DNA of 64,000 nt from Callorhinchus milii (Eukaryota): positions 18,602,001-18,666,000 of the forward strand of contig NW_024704742.1 of the NCBI RefSeq assembly GCF_018977255.1. Direction: 5' to 3'. Of the stretch, positions 62,751 through 64,000 are shown in pieces. Every line of letters starts with the position of its first letter. Position 1 is the first letter of the stretch. The translations under genes and the position numbers were made by a program. Below the pieces are notes generated by a model. That model saw nothing but the letters and a program-made list of their open reading frames with translations, was not told where the DNA came from and ran no database searches.

Positions 62751-64000
62751 TAATGCAGTTTTAAAGAAGAGTAATTTGAAACAAATGCATGATCCCTGAA
62801 CCCTCCTTTTCCCTTTAAGAACAAAAAAGGTGCAGTAATCCACAGATTTAAAATAAACTATTTTCACATTAAAAATGTACAACAGCAGAATGAATGAGCC
62901 GTCAGTTCAGGTGACTGGATTATCTCAGTTAAAGAACTCTTAACAGAAAAACTGTCAATTGTTTTTCTTTCATAATCCAGACTTTTAACAGTCCAGCCCT
63001 TATTCTTGGGTATTTATTCCTGAGTTTCCGTAGTTACTAAAAGCTAAATGTCATACTATGAACACTTTGCAACACAGATATATATCACATTGACCCCTGA
63101 ATTTGCCTTCCTAAAAGTACCTTTTTTTTAACAATCTTAATTGCTAATTTGCTGAATTTATTCCTTTTAAGTATTTACTGGATTATGAGTTCCTGTGCAC
63201 ATTTTCTCATCTTTTGAATCTAAACGATTAATTCAATGAACTTCTAGAATGACCAATGTTATTATTATGAGTTGTAGAAATTATATAAATGTGTATTTTT
63301 GGTAGTAAAGTCTGTCCTGATTTACCCCAGAGCAACTGTTCACTCATTAAATTACTATCTTAGAGTTTTTAAACCACTTTTAGGAAATAATTTTTATTTA
63401 TTTTAAGGAACATTTATTTAAATTAAACTCCTCGGACTTGGGTCGAGTTCAGTGTATTCCTGTTTGCAAGAACGTAAATTCCAAAATGTGGTGCCAAAGT
63501 TAATTGATGCCTTATTTGGTAATATTCAACATAAGTACTTGTACTGCATTTGGATATGAATTACAGAAAACCAGGTTTCAATGCTTTGTTGCCTGAACTC
63601 TCCTGTGATGTTCTGAATGTGTTCTTACATTTATTGTAAGTCTCCCGGTAATTATCATATCAGGTACCACATATTTCCCTCCTTGGGGTATGCATGACAG
63701 AGATCGAGCGAAACAGGTTTGACAGGCTGAATGTCCTATTCTGGTTCCTGTGTTCCTATCACCTGGCTTTGTGCCACTTTGTGGAATTGTCCCAAGTTTG
63801 CAGTTAGCTGAGTGCACAATGATACCACACTCAGGAATAATACTCTCCATTGCAGAGAAATGGTGTTTGATGGTGGCAGGTGCAAACAGAGGGAATGAAT
63901 TGAGGGTCATAAGGAAACGCATCCATGAAAGAAGTATGATTTTACAATGGCTCTTGTGACGTTTTTGTTCAGTAGAAGGTGGGTATCCTACTAAGTGGTT

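Noticed and set aside
63578..63922. 114-aa minus-strand ORF in unique sequence
   Set aside because: No recognisable domain or convincing splice sites; the length is compatible with chance.
1..64000. CRISPR array, operon or prokaryotic defence system
   Set aside because: No regularly spaced repeat-spacer array and no gene-dense coding structure; the recurring motifs are dispersed eukaryotic SINE/LINE tails.

Overview
This window is vertebrate nuclear DNA, AT-rich and dense in retroelements. The repeat set (L2 and CR1 LINE relics, DeuSINE/SacSINE-like SINEs, a tRNA-Ala-headed SINE with an (ATT)n tail) fits a cartilaginous fish, possibly a chimaera; that taxon call is inference. I recognise no intact protein-coding gene. 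ORFs with recognisable protein similarity are frameshifted LINE ORF2 remnants, so the window looks intronic or intergenic. The most notable observations are: (1) two decayed antisense 28S rRNA fragments about 10 kb apart that both stop at the sarcin-ricin loop; (2) a small Penelope-like family (3 copies, each with an exact 12-15 bp target-site duplication), whose fullest copy is a fold-back hairpin carrying a hammerhead-ribozyme-like core; (3) a repeat family with APE-endonuclease-like remnants and similar end points; (4) several nested insertions, one of which creates a long imperfect inverted repeat; (5) a weakly supported chain of three phase-compatible minus-strand exon candidates. Boundaries of old repeats are approximate and were read by eye. 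No database search was run.
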